From Octopus vulgaris (lineage: Eukaryota), in NCBI GenBank assembly GCA_951406725.2, contig OX597832.1:63302001-63366000 (forward strand): a stretch of DNA of 64,000 bases, read 5' to 3'. The position numbers were made by a program, and so were the translations under genes. Shown here one piece after another: positions 1-14,170 of this stretch. The notes under the pieces are model-generated. The model ran no database searches. It worked only from the letters and a program-made list of their open reading frames with translations, and was not told the origin of the DNA. Every line of letters starts with the position of its first letter. Positions within the stretch are counted from its first letter, which is position 1.

Positions 1-960
1 CTTCTTCTTTCATATTTCTCAGTCAAATATGACTGTTTCATCTGATTTTGTTTTATATTAGTTCATTAAACATTACATTATTTCATGCTATTTCAAAAGA
101 TTTAACATGTAATATTTTATATAACTTTCACCAAATACTGTTTAATATAACATTCAACATATTATACTGTGTGATTATAATATCCAGTATTCATAACATT
201 GTTTGATATTTTTAGTAACTGTAAGATATAATTTATTTTGTGTGTTAATGTTAATAATACAATTGTTATAATTCAAACAAACTTAATATTGTGTATCATA
301 GCTTTGATATATAACATGATTTGTTTTATATAATTTCAATACATAACTTTGATATAATTTTAACAAACCTCTAAATAACAACAAATCTCTTAAATAACAA
401 CCATAAAATTGTATGATACAGTTTCAACATGTAATAATGTTTTTTCATAAAATCTCACCAACTGTAATTTTGTTTGATGCTATTCCAATACAATTGTTTC
501 CTTTGTGTAATTATCATTTTAAGAGGCATAATGATATTGTCTTATACAATTTCAACAAACATAACACTGTGTGACATAATTTCGACAGGCACAACATTTT
601 TTGTATACTTTCAACAAATATGTAACACTGTTTGATATCTGCTGGCCAAAATTTATCCAAGTGTAACATCACATTGCTTGAAATAATTTCAACAAACATC
701 ATATTGTTCAATATAATTTCATCAAATGCAATATTGGTTGATATAAATCTAACAAGCATAACATTGTTTGATATCTTTTTAATCATTATAACAGCATTTT
801 ATATGATATAGTTTCACATGGTTCCGAGAAATACAAGATAATTTATTGAAATTTCATTGTAAAATAGTTGAATTTTATCAAATTCTTTGATATCTTGTTA
901 GTCATAATATTGTTTAATGACAAAAACGATATAAAAACATTCCTACTTTTCATATTTTTG
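1..960. repeat. degenerate ~30-bp AT-rich satellite
   Basis: Recurring unit like aacataacattgtttgatataatttcaaca; 10-aa periodicity in the spurious ORF 514..786. Confidence 0.65.
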
Positions 961-3713
961 AATATTGTTAGAATTAATTTTACTGTTTTCAAACCACACT
1001 GTTATCATAATGTGATGTCTTTGTTTGTCCTCCCTCTGTTGAGTGACAACCAGTGTTGGTTTATTTACATCTACATAATTTGGTGGTTTTAGCAAAAGAG
1101 ACCGATGGAATAAGTACTGGGGCTAATTTGCTCAACTAAGCCCTTCAAGGTAGTGCCCCAGCATGACCAGGGTCCTATGACTGAAACAAGTAAAAGTGAT
1201 GTTTCAGGTTTCTTGTTTTAGTTTCTTCTTCTTCTTCTTTCTCTTCTTTTCCTTCTTCCTCTTCTTTTTCTTCTTTTTCTTCTTCCAAACTAAACACTAG
1301 AACTTTGAAATTGCATGCAAGAGTTCTCTCCTGTGTAATATTTCTAGGAGCAGAACCCTCATCTATGACAGGAGAGTCCACAATATATAGTTACATCTGA
1401 AACCAAAATCTGTAGCTTATGGAAACCCAAGGGTCACACCAAGAAACACAACTTCCACCATCTGTGTACCCCCACCCCATCATCATCCAAACTGGAATTT
1501 TCCACCATTTTACTCCCTGACTATTTCTTTGATGTCACTCAATCCACCCACCCCCACCTCTTATAATCTTCCAGTACCCCTTTCACTTGGGAGGAAGTGC
1601 GTCCATTCATGACCATCCATATTTGCTAAATGTGGGGTGTCATGGCATCATGAGCAAGCCTCATGTATGTCTACACTCATATATTTATGTATGTTACTGT
1701 TCAGTTTTATTTCAAGATTTCTTGCCAATAGAGAAAGAGCCAGTTTCTAACCATTCGAATTTCAACTGTAACAAGAGAGAATTTTTGTATGTATGTATGT
1801 ATATATGTATGTATGCAAATTTGTATGTTTTGCTTTATGTATGAATTCTCATGCATATAGCTGCCTATCTAGACGTCCTCATATATATTTAAAGGATAAC
1901 AGTTTCTTCTATCACTACAGCTAGAAAGAATTTGTTTTCCTGTTAAGCTGTTGTTTCCATTCTGTTCCTCGGTTGTGTTGATGTTGTGTCCAGCCATGTT
2001 GTTCATAGTAACTCTCTGCAGGCTAAATTCAAGTTTCAGTCAATAATCACTATGATCGTAAATAAAAGACTCCCTCAGTTAATTCATCTAAAGATTAATC
2101 ACTTATTTAATAAGGCTGATAGTTGTGGCTCCAAAGTTGGAGATAGTATTCATCGTATTTTCGATAAATAGTCTCCTATGCCAAATATGCGACTTGTTGC
2201 TTTGAGTTTGTGTATGTCATCATCATCATCGTTTAACGTCTGTTTTCCAGGCTGGCATGGGGTGGACAGTTTGACTGGGAACGGGCAAGCCAGGAGGCCA
2301 CACCAGGCTCCAATCTGATCTGGCAATGTTTCTATGGCTGGATGCCCTTCCTAATGCCAACCACTCCAAGAGTGTAGTGGGTGATTTTTATTAGCCACCA
2401 GTAAGGGAACCAGTCAGGTGGCACTGGCATCGGTCATGTTCAGATGGTGCTTTTTATGTGCCACCGGCACAGGAAGCCAGTCAGGTGGCATGGGCAACAA
2501 CATGTATACATGAGGACAAAGTTGATAGTGACTTCAAAGTTTCAGCTTGTTCGCCTTCATCAATTTGATGAAGCAAGCTAAACTTCAAGGTTTCCCTTGT
2601 TAAAATATTTCCTTGTTAAAATCAATAAATATACTTATCCCTTGGCTGTGTGGTAAGAATTTTGTTTCCCAACCACATGGTCCTGGGTTCAGTTCCACTG
2701 TGTGGCACCTTGGGCAAATGTCTTCTACTATAGCCTCAGGCTGACCAAAGCCTTGTGAATAGATTTGGTAGACAACCGATGTTGATGTGTTTATGTCCCC
2801 GTTATTTAGTAGTCTGACAAAAGAGACTGATAGAATAAGTACTAGTCTTACAAAAGAATAAGTCCTGGGGTCAGTTTGTTTGACTAAAGGTGGTGCTCCA
2901 GCATGGCCACAGTCAAATGACTGAAACAAGTAAAAGAAAATATATATATATAATTGAAAAAATTCATTATAGGTATAAAGATACCATAAACAAGTATAAA
3001 AATGGAGAAAATATGTTAAAACGAATTTTTCAATTGTTATTTTCATATTCTTAATACTTGCTCTGGTTGATTTTTATGAATATGATGAATTTTTTTATTA
3101 GAAATTAATTTTTCTCTTTTTTTGGATCCTTCAAAAAGTTTGAATTGTTCTTTTTGAACTTATTTCTTCTCATATGTGTGTGTGTGTAAATTCAAGAATG
3201 AAAATTGAAAAACAGGAAAAGCTAGAAAAGTCAGTTGGACGAAGATAGTGAATGTATTAGAATGATGTCTAATGAAAGTTTTGAAGAAAAAATGGAAGTA
3301 AAAATATGACATTTAAAGCAAAGCTTTTTGTTGGATTGAGAAAGTAAATCCAGAGAAGCGGAAAAGAAGGAAAGAGTGGATAGTCTAGGGACAAATGAGT
3401 GTGTCCTAACATGGTCAAAGAATAACTGATCAGAAGTTGTGCTGGGGGTGGAAATAGAAAATGTAATTTTCAAGGACAGGAGAGTGCATAATTTGGCTTC
3501 TGTGTGTGAAATGTGCATGTGTATGGTTGTGAGGAGTGTGTTTGTATGTTAGGGATTGCTGTGTAGATAGCAGTATGTGTGTATGCATGCATGTTTAGCT
3601 TATGAGTGGGGGTGTTTGTGTGCGAGTGTGTGTAAGGGTGGATCTAACAAGTCAGTAGCAGTAGGATGTGGGTTCGAGAAGCTGAGAGATGTGTGTCACT
3701 GTATGTGTTTGCA

Positions 3714-3749
<36 letters not shown>

Positions 3750-3969
3750 TGATGTAAATCAAATTATACAGTATTACAGATTCATTAAAACCAATCTTAC
3801 CAATCAGTTTCACACAGGATATTATATAACGAGCGAATTATCTAATACACATGCTTTTCAGAGATGGCAGATATCAAAAAAAAATCTGTAATACTGCACA
3901 CCCACTTTATTAATATGCTTTATGGCATAACTGCATAACTTATAGATTCTTAGATCACACACACACAAA

Positions 3970-6293
3970 CACACATGAAAGGTAGGTTTGGTGAGATTGT
4001 TGAGATGCTTGAACAGAAGCATGTAGATTTGTAATGCACCCAAGAGGAGGTTCTGCTAGGTTCCTCACAAACAAAGAACATAGATATAAGATTTTCTTGG
4101 TAGGAAACCGTGATGGGGTTGGGGGCATGGGTATACACTTTGCTGAGAAATGGGTTGATAAGCTAATCGAGGTAGTCAGAGTTTGTAATAGAATACTTAA
4201 GCTTAGATTAGTGCTGCAACATGGAATAGCAGCCATTATCTCGGCCTATACTCCTCGATCAGGGCTCCCTCATGAACAGAAAGACTGATTTATTGACACC
4301 CTCTTGCAGACTACCTCATCGACAAATGATAGGGACCTTCTCTTTGTTGCTGGTGACTTCAGTGGGCATGTTGGACATCTGGGGAACATCCATGGTATGC
4401 ATGGTGGAAACAGATTTAGTTCCTGCAATGAGGTGGAGACCAGGCTGCTGGAGTTCTGTGATGCAAATAATCTTATGATCTGTAATACTAACTTCAGGAA
4501 ACCTGCCAGTAACCTGTTCACCTTCCAGTCAAATGGGCACATTAGTTAGATTGACTACATTCTCACCAGGAAATGAAAAAGATGGCTGCTTATAAATGCC
4601 TAAACCTTCCCAGGTGAAGAATGCACTCCACAACATAGGTTAGTTGTTAACGACATCAGGATCAGGGCTAAATGGCTGCCCAGAAGATGACCAGTCTGGA
4701 AAATAAGGGTCTGGAAGCTTTAGGATTCTCTAAATGGACAGAGATTTAGAGACGTATTACTTGAGGCTTTTGATGAAAAAGAGAAGGATGTAATATCACA
4801 TAATGTGGAGGACAACTGGAGGTTCCTACAGGACAACCTGTTGAGGGCTACTGACCAGATCTGTGGTTAGTGCAAAGTCCCCTCTCAACCTAAGGTGACA
4901 TGGTGGTGGAACAATGTAGTTGACAGGGCCATTAGGGAAAAGAAACAGGCCTGGAAGGACTGGAAGTGTGGTGGTAGCAGGGAACTGTATCAGATTGCCA
5001 GAAGGGAAGCTAGGAGACAGGTTTACTTAGCCAGAGGGGAAACAGATAAGAAAAAATTTGCCAATGTTCTGTGTCATGAGGACCAAAGACTTGAAGTGTT
5101 TTGTGTTTCAAGACAGTGTGTGAGAGAGAATTGTGATGTCATAGGAGAGAAATGTGTCCGCATGGATGATGGCTCACTTGTATTCAATGATGCTGCAAAG
5201 AAAGAGACTTGGAGATGCCTCTATTCAAGATTGCTAACTGAAGAGAATGAATGGGAGAAAGAGAGTTTGCCGAATGTCCACCCAACAGAGGGACCAGCTA
5301 TCTGAATTGACAGTACCTTGGTAGATAAAGCAATTAAGGATATGAAGACAGGGAAATCCCCTGGCCCATCAAGAGTCACCACTGAGATGCTTAAAATATC
5401 TGGTGGTATAGGCTATAGCTTAGTAACCCGTATAGTTAACCAGGTGATACACAAAGGAACCATACCCAATGACATGTGTAGCTGTACCATAGTCAACTGC
5501 TACAAAGGTAAAGGTGATGCCTTGGATAGAAATAATTACAGAGGTGTGAACAGCCATACTACAAGACAGTGAAACATGGGCTGTGACTGTTGAAGACATG
5601 TGTAGGCTTGTAAGAAATGAAGCTAGTATGCTTCACTGAATGTGCAATGTCAGGGTGCATGTATGACAGAATATAAGCATCCTGAGCGAAAAGTTCGATG
5701 TAAGAAGCATCAGATGTGGTGTGCAAGAGAGACAACTGCACTGGTATGGTCATATGATGCATATGAATGAGGACAGTTGTATAAAGAAGTGTCGCACTCT
5801 AACTGTAGAGGAAACCTGTGGAAGAGGTAGACCCAAGAAGACATGGGATGAGGTGGTGAAGCACAATCTTCGAATGTTAGGCCTCACAGAGGCAATGACA
5901 AGTGACTGAGACCTTTGGCAATATGCTGTGATGAGGACCTGTCAAACCAAGTGAAATCATAGTCATGGCTGATGTCAATGCCATCTGACTGGCACCCATA
6001 CCAGTGGCATGTAAAATGCACTGATCGAGCGTTGGACCTCATGGAGGCAGTGACAGATGACCAAGACCCTTGGTGATATACCATACTTGTGTAGACCTGT
6101 CAAGCCAAGTGAGGCTTAGTCATGGCCGATGCCAGTGTCAGATCAGTGGCACATAAAAAATCACCCATTACACTCTGGGAGTGTTTGGTGTTAGGAAAGG
6201 CATCAAGCTGTAGAAACCTTGTCAAATCAGATAGGAACCTGGTGCAGATCTAACTCATGACAGCATGGAAAGTGGATGTTAAATGATGATGAT
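3970..6293 (+). mobile_element. RTE-clade LINE, decayed, with the RT domain deleted
   Basis: AP-endonuclease motifs (IISAYTP, AGDFSGHVG, LEFCDANNLMICNTNF), KSPGPS and YKGKGDALDRNNYRG joined directly to C-terminal ETWA..LHWYGHM..GRGRPKKTW; frameshifts and stops; (GAT)n tail. Confidence 0.88.
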
Positions 6294-6424
6294 ATACATA
6301 CATACACATAATTATATATGTATTAATAGTAATGGTATGACAACAAAAGAATGAATGAGACCTCGATATGTAAATAGAGGAATTTATCTGTAATATAATA
6401 TGTGAATATGTGACAATTATTCTT

Positions 6425-6485
6425 AATAACTGACAAGATGCCGGAGCAGGTTTCTGCCCCAACATCTGAAACTTGGAGTTTTATT
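6425..6485 (+). ncRNA. hammerhead ribozyme-like motif (type I, decayed core) in a Penelope-like remnant
   Basis: aataa-CTGACAA-GATG..CATC-t-GAAACT-tgg-AGT-T-ttatt; helices I, II and III all pair; G8 position reads A. Confidence 0.55.
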
Positions 6486-8169
6486 ATGGCAACTGAATAA
6501 TTGTCACATATTATTTTACAAATATATATATGTCATTTTATTTTATATAACATCATGAAATGTTGAATGATATCTAAAAAAAAATGCTTTATTTTAATTA
6601 TAAGTAACTTTACAGAAAAAATTAACTTTACCATCATTTCCACAGACCTTTGCGCGAATTTATTTCATCTGATACACTTGTCAATATTGACAACCATCAT
6701 AACACATAACAAAACATCCTCACACATGCTACACATGTTCTAAATAACATTCATACATATATATCGCAATAACAAATCAAATTTATTAATCCATATTACA
6801 TAACACAAATGAAATACAAAAACCAAAGGAAAATCTTTATAAAAACAGATTTTCCTCTTCATCAATTTTTCTAAACAAATAAACCACTTTTTTATATGTG
6901 TCCTTAATGGCTTCTATATTAATATTATATTGATATTATTATTGATTTTTTTTTATGTTTGTTTGTTTCATGTGGGACTGTGCTTGCTTATAGCTTTATT
7001 GTCAATGTAGTTAAGATTGTGTCATCTGCTTTGTTATAGTAAATTTTCTTGTTTATGATTTAAAAAAAAATTATTTTGATGTTCTGTATTAAACAGTTAT
7101 ATCTGATTTTATATATATATATATTCAATACAGTATTATAAAGTCATTTCAGCTGAGCAAAACTGGTTAGTAAAATCAGCTAAAACAAGTCTAATACTGT
7201 ATCATATAAATATTAATATACCAATTCTATTGCCTGGTTTTCTGAATTAGAGATTCTTAGACTTAAATGTATGTATGCATTGCATTTACATGTGTATAAA
7301 TCACACCCAGATTTTTCAATTAAAATCAGACATAAAATAGTGTTATTAATATACAAGTAAATACGAGTGTGTGTGTGTGTATTTTGTTCAGCTACCACAG
7401 GTATTTACTGTTAGTATTATTTTTGTTTTTGTGTGGTTTTTTATTATCATCATCATCATTTTCGTAGTTATTGACTTTTATATTGAATTGTCTGCAACTT
7501 AAATACATGTATTTCATTGTACTATTTTAGTATTTTTATATATAATACTATTGTTATACTATTTCATTATTGTGACATCCCTTATTTGCATTTGACATTT
7601 CTCACTTGCTATGCGTCTTCCCATATTCTTGCATGAAATATAAACACTTTGTTTCTAAACCTAAATTTAAAGAAATTCTAATATCATTTCCAGAAATATG
7701 GTAGAAATACATTAAAGGTCCAGTCTTTGGTGATATGCCATTATTAATTAAAATTAAATGGCTGTGTAGTTAAGAAGTTTGCTTTGGTTTTGGGTCCAAT
7801 CCCACTGCATGGCATCTTGGGCAATGCCTTTCTGCTATAAGTCCAAACTGACCAAAGTCTTTTGAGTCGACAGAAATTGGAATAAACCTATTAAAAAATA
7901 TGTGTGTGTGTTTTTCCTAAATTTGGCATGTGATAGTTGTAAACATGTAATACTGTCGTCCGTTTCTACTCTTCCATGAAAACCTGTCTGGTCATGGAAT
8001 AATATTAATTTGCTTGAAAATAGATAAGGTTTAGTGACAGAAAGGGCGTCCAGCTGTAAAACTCCCACCTATTCTCTGGCACTGCCCCAGATGCTGCAGC
8101 TGAGAGGGTTCAAATTAAGGGTTAGAATGTTACTTGAGATTGAGGGCCACATAGCCCCCATGGCTCTCT

Positions 8170-8520
8170 CAACTCTTTCCAGATACAAACTGCCCTTTCC
8201 TCATGATATGGCTATGTAACTGACGTTCTCATATACCATACATCTGGTGGTAGGCTCTGCTACCTTGAGCTGCTTAGCTATGGCCCTCATTGATCCACTA
8301 GGGGTATCACTTAACTATTGAGAATGTTTCTTTGTTTTATCAACTAATTATATAAACTCCACCAGAAGATTTCCTGACTCTGTAAATGAAGGACCTGACC
8401 ATGTTCAAGATGCTCACAACCTCTAAGTTGTTGAGGTTAGCAGTTGGAACCACAAAATTGGTATATCATAATTTTTGGTCACATTGGAATCAGCAAAACT
8501 GATGCTGTCCATACATTTGA
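8170..8520 (-). mobile_element. Tc1/mariner-superfamily transposase fragment (decayed)
   Basis: Minus strand reads DTPSGSMRAIAKQLKVAEPTTRCMVYENVSY../MRKGQFVSGK, an HTH segment like those of maT/DD37D-type transposases. Confidence 0.55.
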
Positions 8521-8539
8521 AATAGAAATATTGTCAAAA

Positions 8540-9975
8540 TTTGGTGCATGTCTCAGTCAAAATTTAGCAGATGCTGCATAACATTGCTTCTTTGGTACAG
8601 GGAGCATAACATTGCATTTTGGTTACATACTGCATAAAATTGCATCTTTAGATCATGCTACATGACATTACATTTTTGGTGCATATTGCATAATAAGGCA
8701 TCTTCAGCACAACCAAAATTGTATTTTTGGTGTATACTGCATAACATAGCATCTCTGCATGTTACAAAATATCACATCTTTAGTGCATACTGCATAATTT
8801 GCATCCTTGGAGCATGCTGCATGGTGTTGCATCCTTGGTGCATACTGCATATCATTGCATTTTTGTATGCTGCAAAAAATTACGTTTTGTTCATGTTGCA
8901 CAATATTGCATCATTGGTGCATGATGAAAGACATTATATATTTGGCACATCACATATTGCATCTTCGGTAATGATGCATAGCATTGCATCTTTGCATGCA
9001 GCAAAATATTGTATATTTAGTACATGCTGCATAATTTTGCATTTTTAGTGCATGCTGCATAATATTGCCTCTTCGTATCCTGCATGACTACATTTTTGGT
9101 GCATGATGCAGAGCATATTTCATACTTGTTGCAAACAATGTACTTGGTGCATGCTGCATAATATTGCATATTTGGTGCATGCTGCACAACACTACATCTT
9201 TTCATGTTACATAACATTGTATTTTGTGCATGTTGCATAACATTGCACCTTTGGCGTATGTTGCATAACATTGTACATTTGGTGCATACAGTATAATATT
9301 GTGCCTTTGGTGCATACAGCATAATATTGTGCCTTTGGCACATACTGCATAATATTGCACCTTTAGCGCATACTGCATAATATTGCACCTTTAGCGCATA
9401 CTGCATAATATTGCACCTTTTGCACATACTACATAACAGTGCACCTTTTGCACATACTGCACAACATTGCACCTTTGGCGCATACTGCATAACATTGCAC
9501 CTTTGATGCATACTGCATCTTTTCAGGTTGTATAACATTGCATCTTTGGTGCATGCTGCGATTACATGGCACCTTTGGCACATATTTCATAACAGCGCAT
9601 TTTTGTTGCATGCTGCATAATAGTGCACCTTTGGCACGTGCTGCATAACATTACATCTTTGACGCATTTTACATAACACTACATCTCTGCATCTTTGGTA
9701 CATGGTGCATAACTGCATCTTTGGCATGTGCTGCATAATAACGCAAATTTGGCACATGCTGCATAACAGTGCAACTTTGTGTGCTGATAACTGCATCTCT
9801 GAGGCATGTTGTATAACCTCTCGTTTTTAGTACATGCTTCATAACATTTCATATTTGGTGCATGCTGTATAACTTTGCATCTTTGCATGCTGTACAACAT
9901 TGCATATTTAGTGCATGGCACATACCATTTCATTTCAGTGCATATTGCAAAACATTACATATTTGGTGCATGTTG
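8540..9975. repeat. 28-bp minisatellite, about 50 diverged copies
   Basis: Unit catactgcataatattgcacctttagcg, near-perfect at 9341-9430 and degenerate outward. Confidence 0.9.
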
Positions 9976-10313
9976 TCTCCCATGGCCTGCTGAAGTTTGT
10001 TCACAAATAACTAGCATCTCACCACTGTTATCTTTAACTATATTATCCAATGTGTCCTTTCTCTTTTGTTTTGAGATAGAATGTAATTTGCAGGATATTT
10101 AGCTGTTCCTTCTTGAAGGTCAGGCAACCACCTAAAGGCTCCATCATTAGCTTAAGCTTTACTTATTTGACTTGTTTTAGAAAATATATTACTCTAAAGT
10201 CATAGGTTGAAACTAAGAGTTACATCATGGTAGAGTCATATTAGCAATTAAACTTCACACATACACTGTTATTATTTTTTTTTTTAGTTATTTTCCATAG
10301 TATATGCAATTAA

Positions 10314-10496
10314 CCCTTTTCATACCAACTTGCCTGAGGCAGACCCAGTTCTATGATACAAACTTTTTATTTTCAAGTGATCTAAATTGAAATCTTTCAT
10401 TAAAATTTCATGCTAATTTGTTCCAAGTACCAGCTTAATAATGAGAAAATTGAGACAAAGGGTGTGTATTTCAACAGAAATATGATGATGAAAGGG
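10314..10496. mobile_element. piggyBac-type MITE
   Basis: TTAA-CCCTTT...AAAGGG-TTAA termini; related copies at 19334-19633 (reverse) and partial at ~32180-32535 and ~46300-46518. Confidence 0.7.
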
Positions 10497-10710
10497 TTAA
10501 AATGCAGATGGGTCACACCGGATAATATAGGGTGTAGTGCAAGATACATGAAAGAAAAGTAAGGTAGTATGGTCATGCTTGGAAAGCCTCAGTTCATAGT
10601 TCTGCTGAATCTGGACTGATTTAGAGTTACCATATATCAAAAGAAAAATTGTAACAAAAAGAGTGCCTATGACACTGTAATTCATCTTTTATATAATATA
10701 TATCTTTCAT

Positions 10711-10784
<74 letters not shown>

Positions 10785-12916
10785 ATCAACACTATTGCAT
10801 CACCAAAGCCTGCATCTGTATTTCTTAGTACTGTAGTCACAGCAATAACAGATATATTTTCTTCCAGTATCATGTTTTGTCTACTCAGGGAGAGAAAAAA
10901 AATAACTCCCAAGCCTTTTTTAATGCCAGAATATGAGGAAGACCTCACAAATGAGAGATGTCTCAAATAATTTTATCTTGTATATTATATTTTAATATCA
11001 GTTTTCAGTATTAAAACTTATTACATTTGTATCAATGAACTTAATTGTAATATATGCAACTTACATGAACACAATGTATGTATTTTAACAAGTAAAGTTA
11101 TTATAAATATATAATTTGTCTTAACTAAAATATTATATTATTAAATGCAATATGATATTATTCAATATATAATCATTTAAATTTTAATTGTAAATGTCAT
11201 AGTTTAAAATCAATCATTATTAACATTAATATTTCATAATTAACTTATTAAAAATTATTATAGTTAACTATTAATTATTACAGTATGTGAGTGGTGGACT
11301 GGTAGAATTGATAGAGCATCCAAGAAATATGGTTTGTGATGTTTAGTTACATAGGTTTATAATGACAGAGTTCAAATCCTGACTAGTTCAACTTGGTCTT
11401 TCATCCTTTTGGAAGGCTCATCATCATTGTTTAACGTCCCTTTTCCATGCTGGCATGGGTTGGAGAGCCAGCAGCTGCACCAGGCTCCACAGCTAAATGC
11501 CCTTCCTAACACCAACCACTCCAAGAGTGTTGTGGGTGCTTTTTACGTGCTTTTTAAAATAAATACCAGTCAATTAGTGATCTTTAATTAATTAACTATT
11601 CCCCACCACCACCACCACCACCACTATTAAGATGTCTGGTCGTGTGGTCAGAAACCATTAATTATTTCACTAATTATTAATTAGTTATTGATTTTTGTTG
11701 CTTAATCACAGACATATTGCTCAACAGACAATGTAAACAAATACTGTAATTATACTTAGTTTTATTATATTTATTTAAGGCCCTTTACTCCAAGCAGAGC
11801 ATAGACCATCGATGATTGCTCTCCACTGTTCTCAACCCTGGGCCATCTTTTTGCCCTTCTCCAATTGGATCCCTGCCCTTACAGATTCCTCTTTGATTTT
11901 ACTGTCCCTTGTCATGTTTCCCCAAGGGATGGCCTCCCCTACCCAGGTCTTGTTGGTTTTGAAATGTCATCGATGCTTCTGTATCTTTGCCTTTTTTCTA
12001 GGAAAGGATATTACCCCTACACAAACCCATTTTTATCTCTGGGTAAAAGAGATAATCCATATTAATTTGGTTTCGACCCTTTGATCTCTCCAACATGGGG
12101 CTTGTGTTCTGCTGGCATAGTTCTCGGGGTTATTGAAGCACACAAGCCAAAACATCACAGGGCCTTACAGTAGCAGTTTTATTATGGATGAGAGAGAAAT
12201 TCTTTGTAAGCTAAGTTTGCAGTCCAGTTTTGATGACTAGTGAAAGATAATTGGCACCATTCTAAATATATTCCATCAGATTTGAATGTTAATCACTATT
12301 GGATTTCACTTCTGGATATCGTCTAAAGGAAGTTGTTCTTTTGAAGACAAAATAAAACAGCAATTTGTGTATTTACCATCAAATTTGCTGGGAACATATT
12401 AAGAATTAGTTTACCAATGTAGGTGTTTTATCGATTTCCAAAACTGACACACAGTCAGAAACATGGATGAAGGGCACAATCAATAAAGATCTTCCCTTAA
12501 CAGTTGACCGATAGTTACTTTATTGAAACCCTACTACCATAACCCACTGCCATGGAAAAATGAAATTCAAAGTTAGACTGGCTGTATTTGAACTCAGACT
12601 GTCTCGTAACATTAGCTTAAAATCAAAATGACTTATTTTATTTAGCTCTCTATCAATACTACCATCCACCACCACTCTCCTTTAATTATGATTAATTACA
12701 TCTAATAAATTTTGATTTACTTTCAAATTAATTATATATATGTATGTATGTAATGTTGTTGTTGTTATTGCCATTTTTAATATTGTTGTTATCAATGTTG
12801 TTTTCACTGTTATTATTTATATCTTTAACTTATTGTTTTCTTAATTTGTAATTAGATTGTTTTTGCTCCTAAATTATAATTACCATTATCTGTTTATTGT
12901 TATTGCCATCATTATA

Positions 12917-12960
<44 letters not shown>

Positions 12961-13194
12961 GGCAGTGAGCTGGCAGAATTGTTAACACACCAGACAAAAC
13001 ACTCAGTGACATTGTTTGCGTTTACATTCTGAGTTCAAATACCAATAAGATTCATTTTGCTTTCTCATTCTTTCAGGGTCAATAAAATTAATATTAGTTC
13101 AGCATTGGAGTCACTGTAATCAACTGGACCCTTCCCACCAAAAAACTGCAAGACCTACTTCTATAGTAGTAGAAAGAATTATTCTTATTATTTT

Positions 13195-13408
13195 GGTTTG
13201 GCTCAGGTTTGATCTTATTCCTAATAGGATTCATGTGGGTAGCGGGTTACTACCTGTAACCTTAGGTATCCACAAGTTTTCAGCAGTCTTTCAAGTGCTT
13301 AGAAACCCCTTGATAATCTTTGCTGTCCCTAAGAGACAACCTTTCTGTAGGGGCTCTAACAGGCATTCTATTTCAATCTCCTTCAGCCATTTTTCTATAT
13401 CTTTGTAA
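13195..13408 (-). mobile_element. R4/Dong-like non-LTR element, 3' fragment
   Basis: Minus strand KDIEKWLKEIEIECLLEPLQKGCLLGTAKIIKGFLST*, then a TAA-rich tail. Confidence 0.6.
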
Positions 13409-13689
13409 CATTTTGGTAGAATCTTCAGCAAAGATGCCATGTTAAGCAAGGATAAGAAGAATTCTTCTTCCTGATTTTTGGTGCAAGACCAATTTTGGGG
13501 GGAGGGGACAAGTCAATTACATTGACCCCAGGACTTGGTTGGTACTTATTTTATCAACACCGAAAGGAAGAAAGGTAAGGTGATTCTTGGTGGAATTTGA
13601 AAAGGCCAAGGAAATACCATTAAGCATTTTGTCCAATCCACTATTGAACCTGCCATCTCACTTCCTTAATAATAATCAAAATTAAAATC

Positions 13690-14170
13690 ACTGACCTGGT
13701 CAATGACAGTGCTGCCTGATTGGCACTCATGTCAGTGGAACATTAAAAGCACATCCAAGCGTGATCGTTGCCAGGGCTGTGGATTGGATCCCATGCCGGT
13801 GGCATATAAAAAGCACCATTTGAGTGTGATCGTTGCCAGTGTCGCCTTACTGGCACATGTGCTGGTGGCACGTGAAAAACAACATTCGAGCGTGGTCATT
13901 GCCAGTGCCACCAGACTGGCTCCCATGCATGTAGCATGTAAAAGACACCTTTTGAGAATGGTCGTTGCCAGAACCACCTGACTGGCCCTCATGCCGGTGG
14001 CACGTAAAAGCACCCACTACACTCTCGGAGTGGTTGGTGTTAGGAAGGGCATCTAGCTGTAGAAACTTTGCCAGATCAGATTGGAGCCTGGTGCAGCCTT
14101 CTGGTTCCCCAGTCCTCAATCAAACCGTGTAACCCATGCCAGCATGGAAAGCAGACATTAAACGATGAAT
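13690..14170 (+). mobile_element. non-autonomous element or SINE sharing the RTE LINE 3' end, with (GAT)n tail
   Basis: Internal repeats gtggcacgtaaaaagcacc and terminal ..ccatgccagcatggaaagcagacattaaacgatga. Further copies at ~2218-2500(-), 11418-11550(-), 15720-15927, 16273-16592(-), 27835-28020, 48870-49153, 56200-56657, 58991-59357(-). Confidence 0.8.

Noticed and set aside
9017-9583. 188-aa Cys-rich ORF
   Set aside because: Read-through of a 28-bp minisatellite; the unit is not a multiple of 3 and there are no splice signals.
8540-9975. CRISPR-like array
   Set aside because: Contiguous tandem units with no unique spacers, eukaryotic context, no cas genes.
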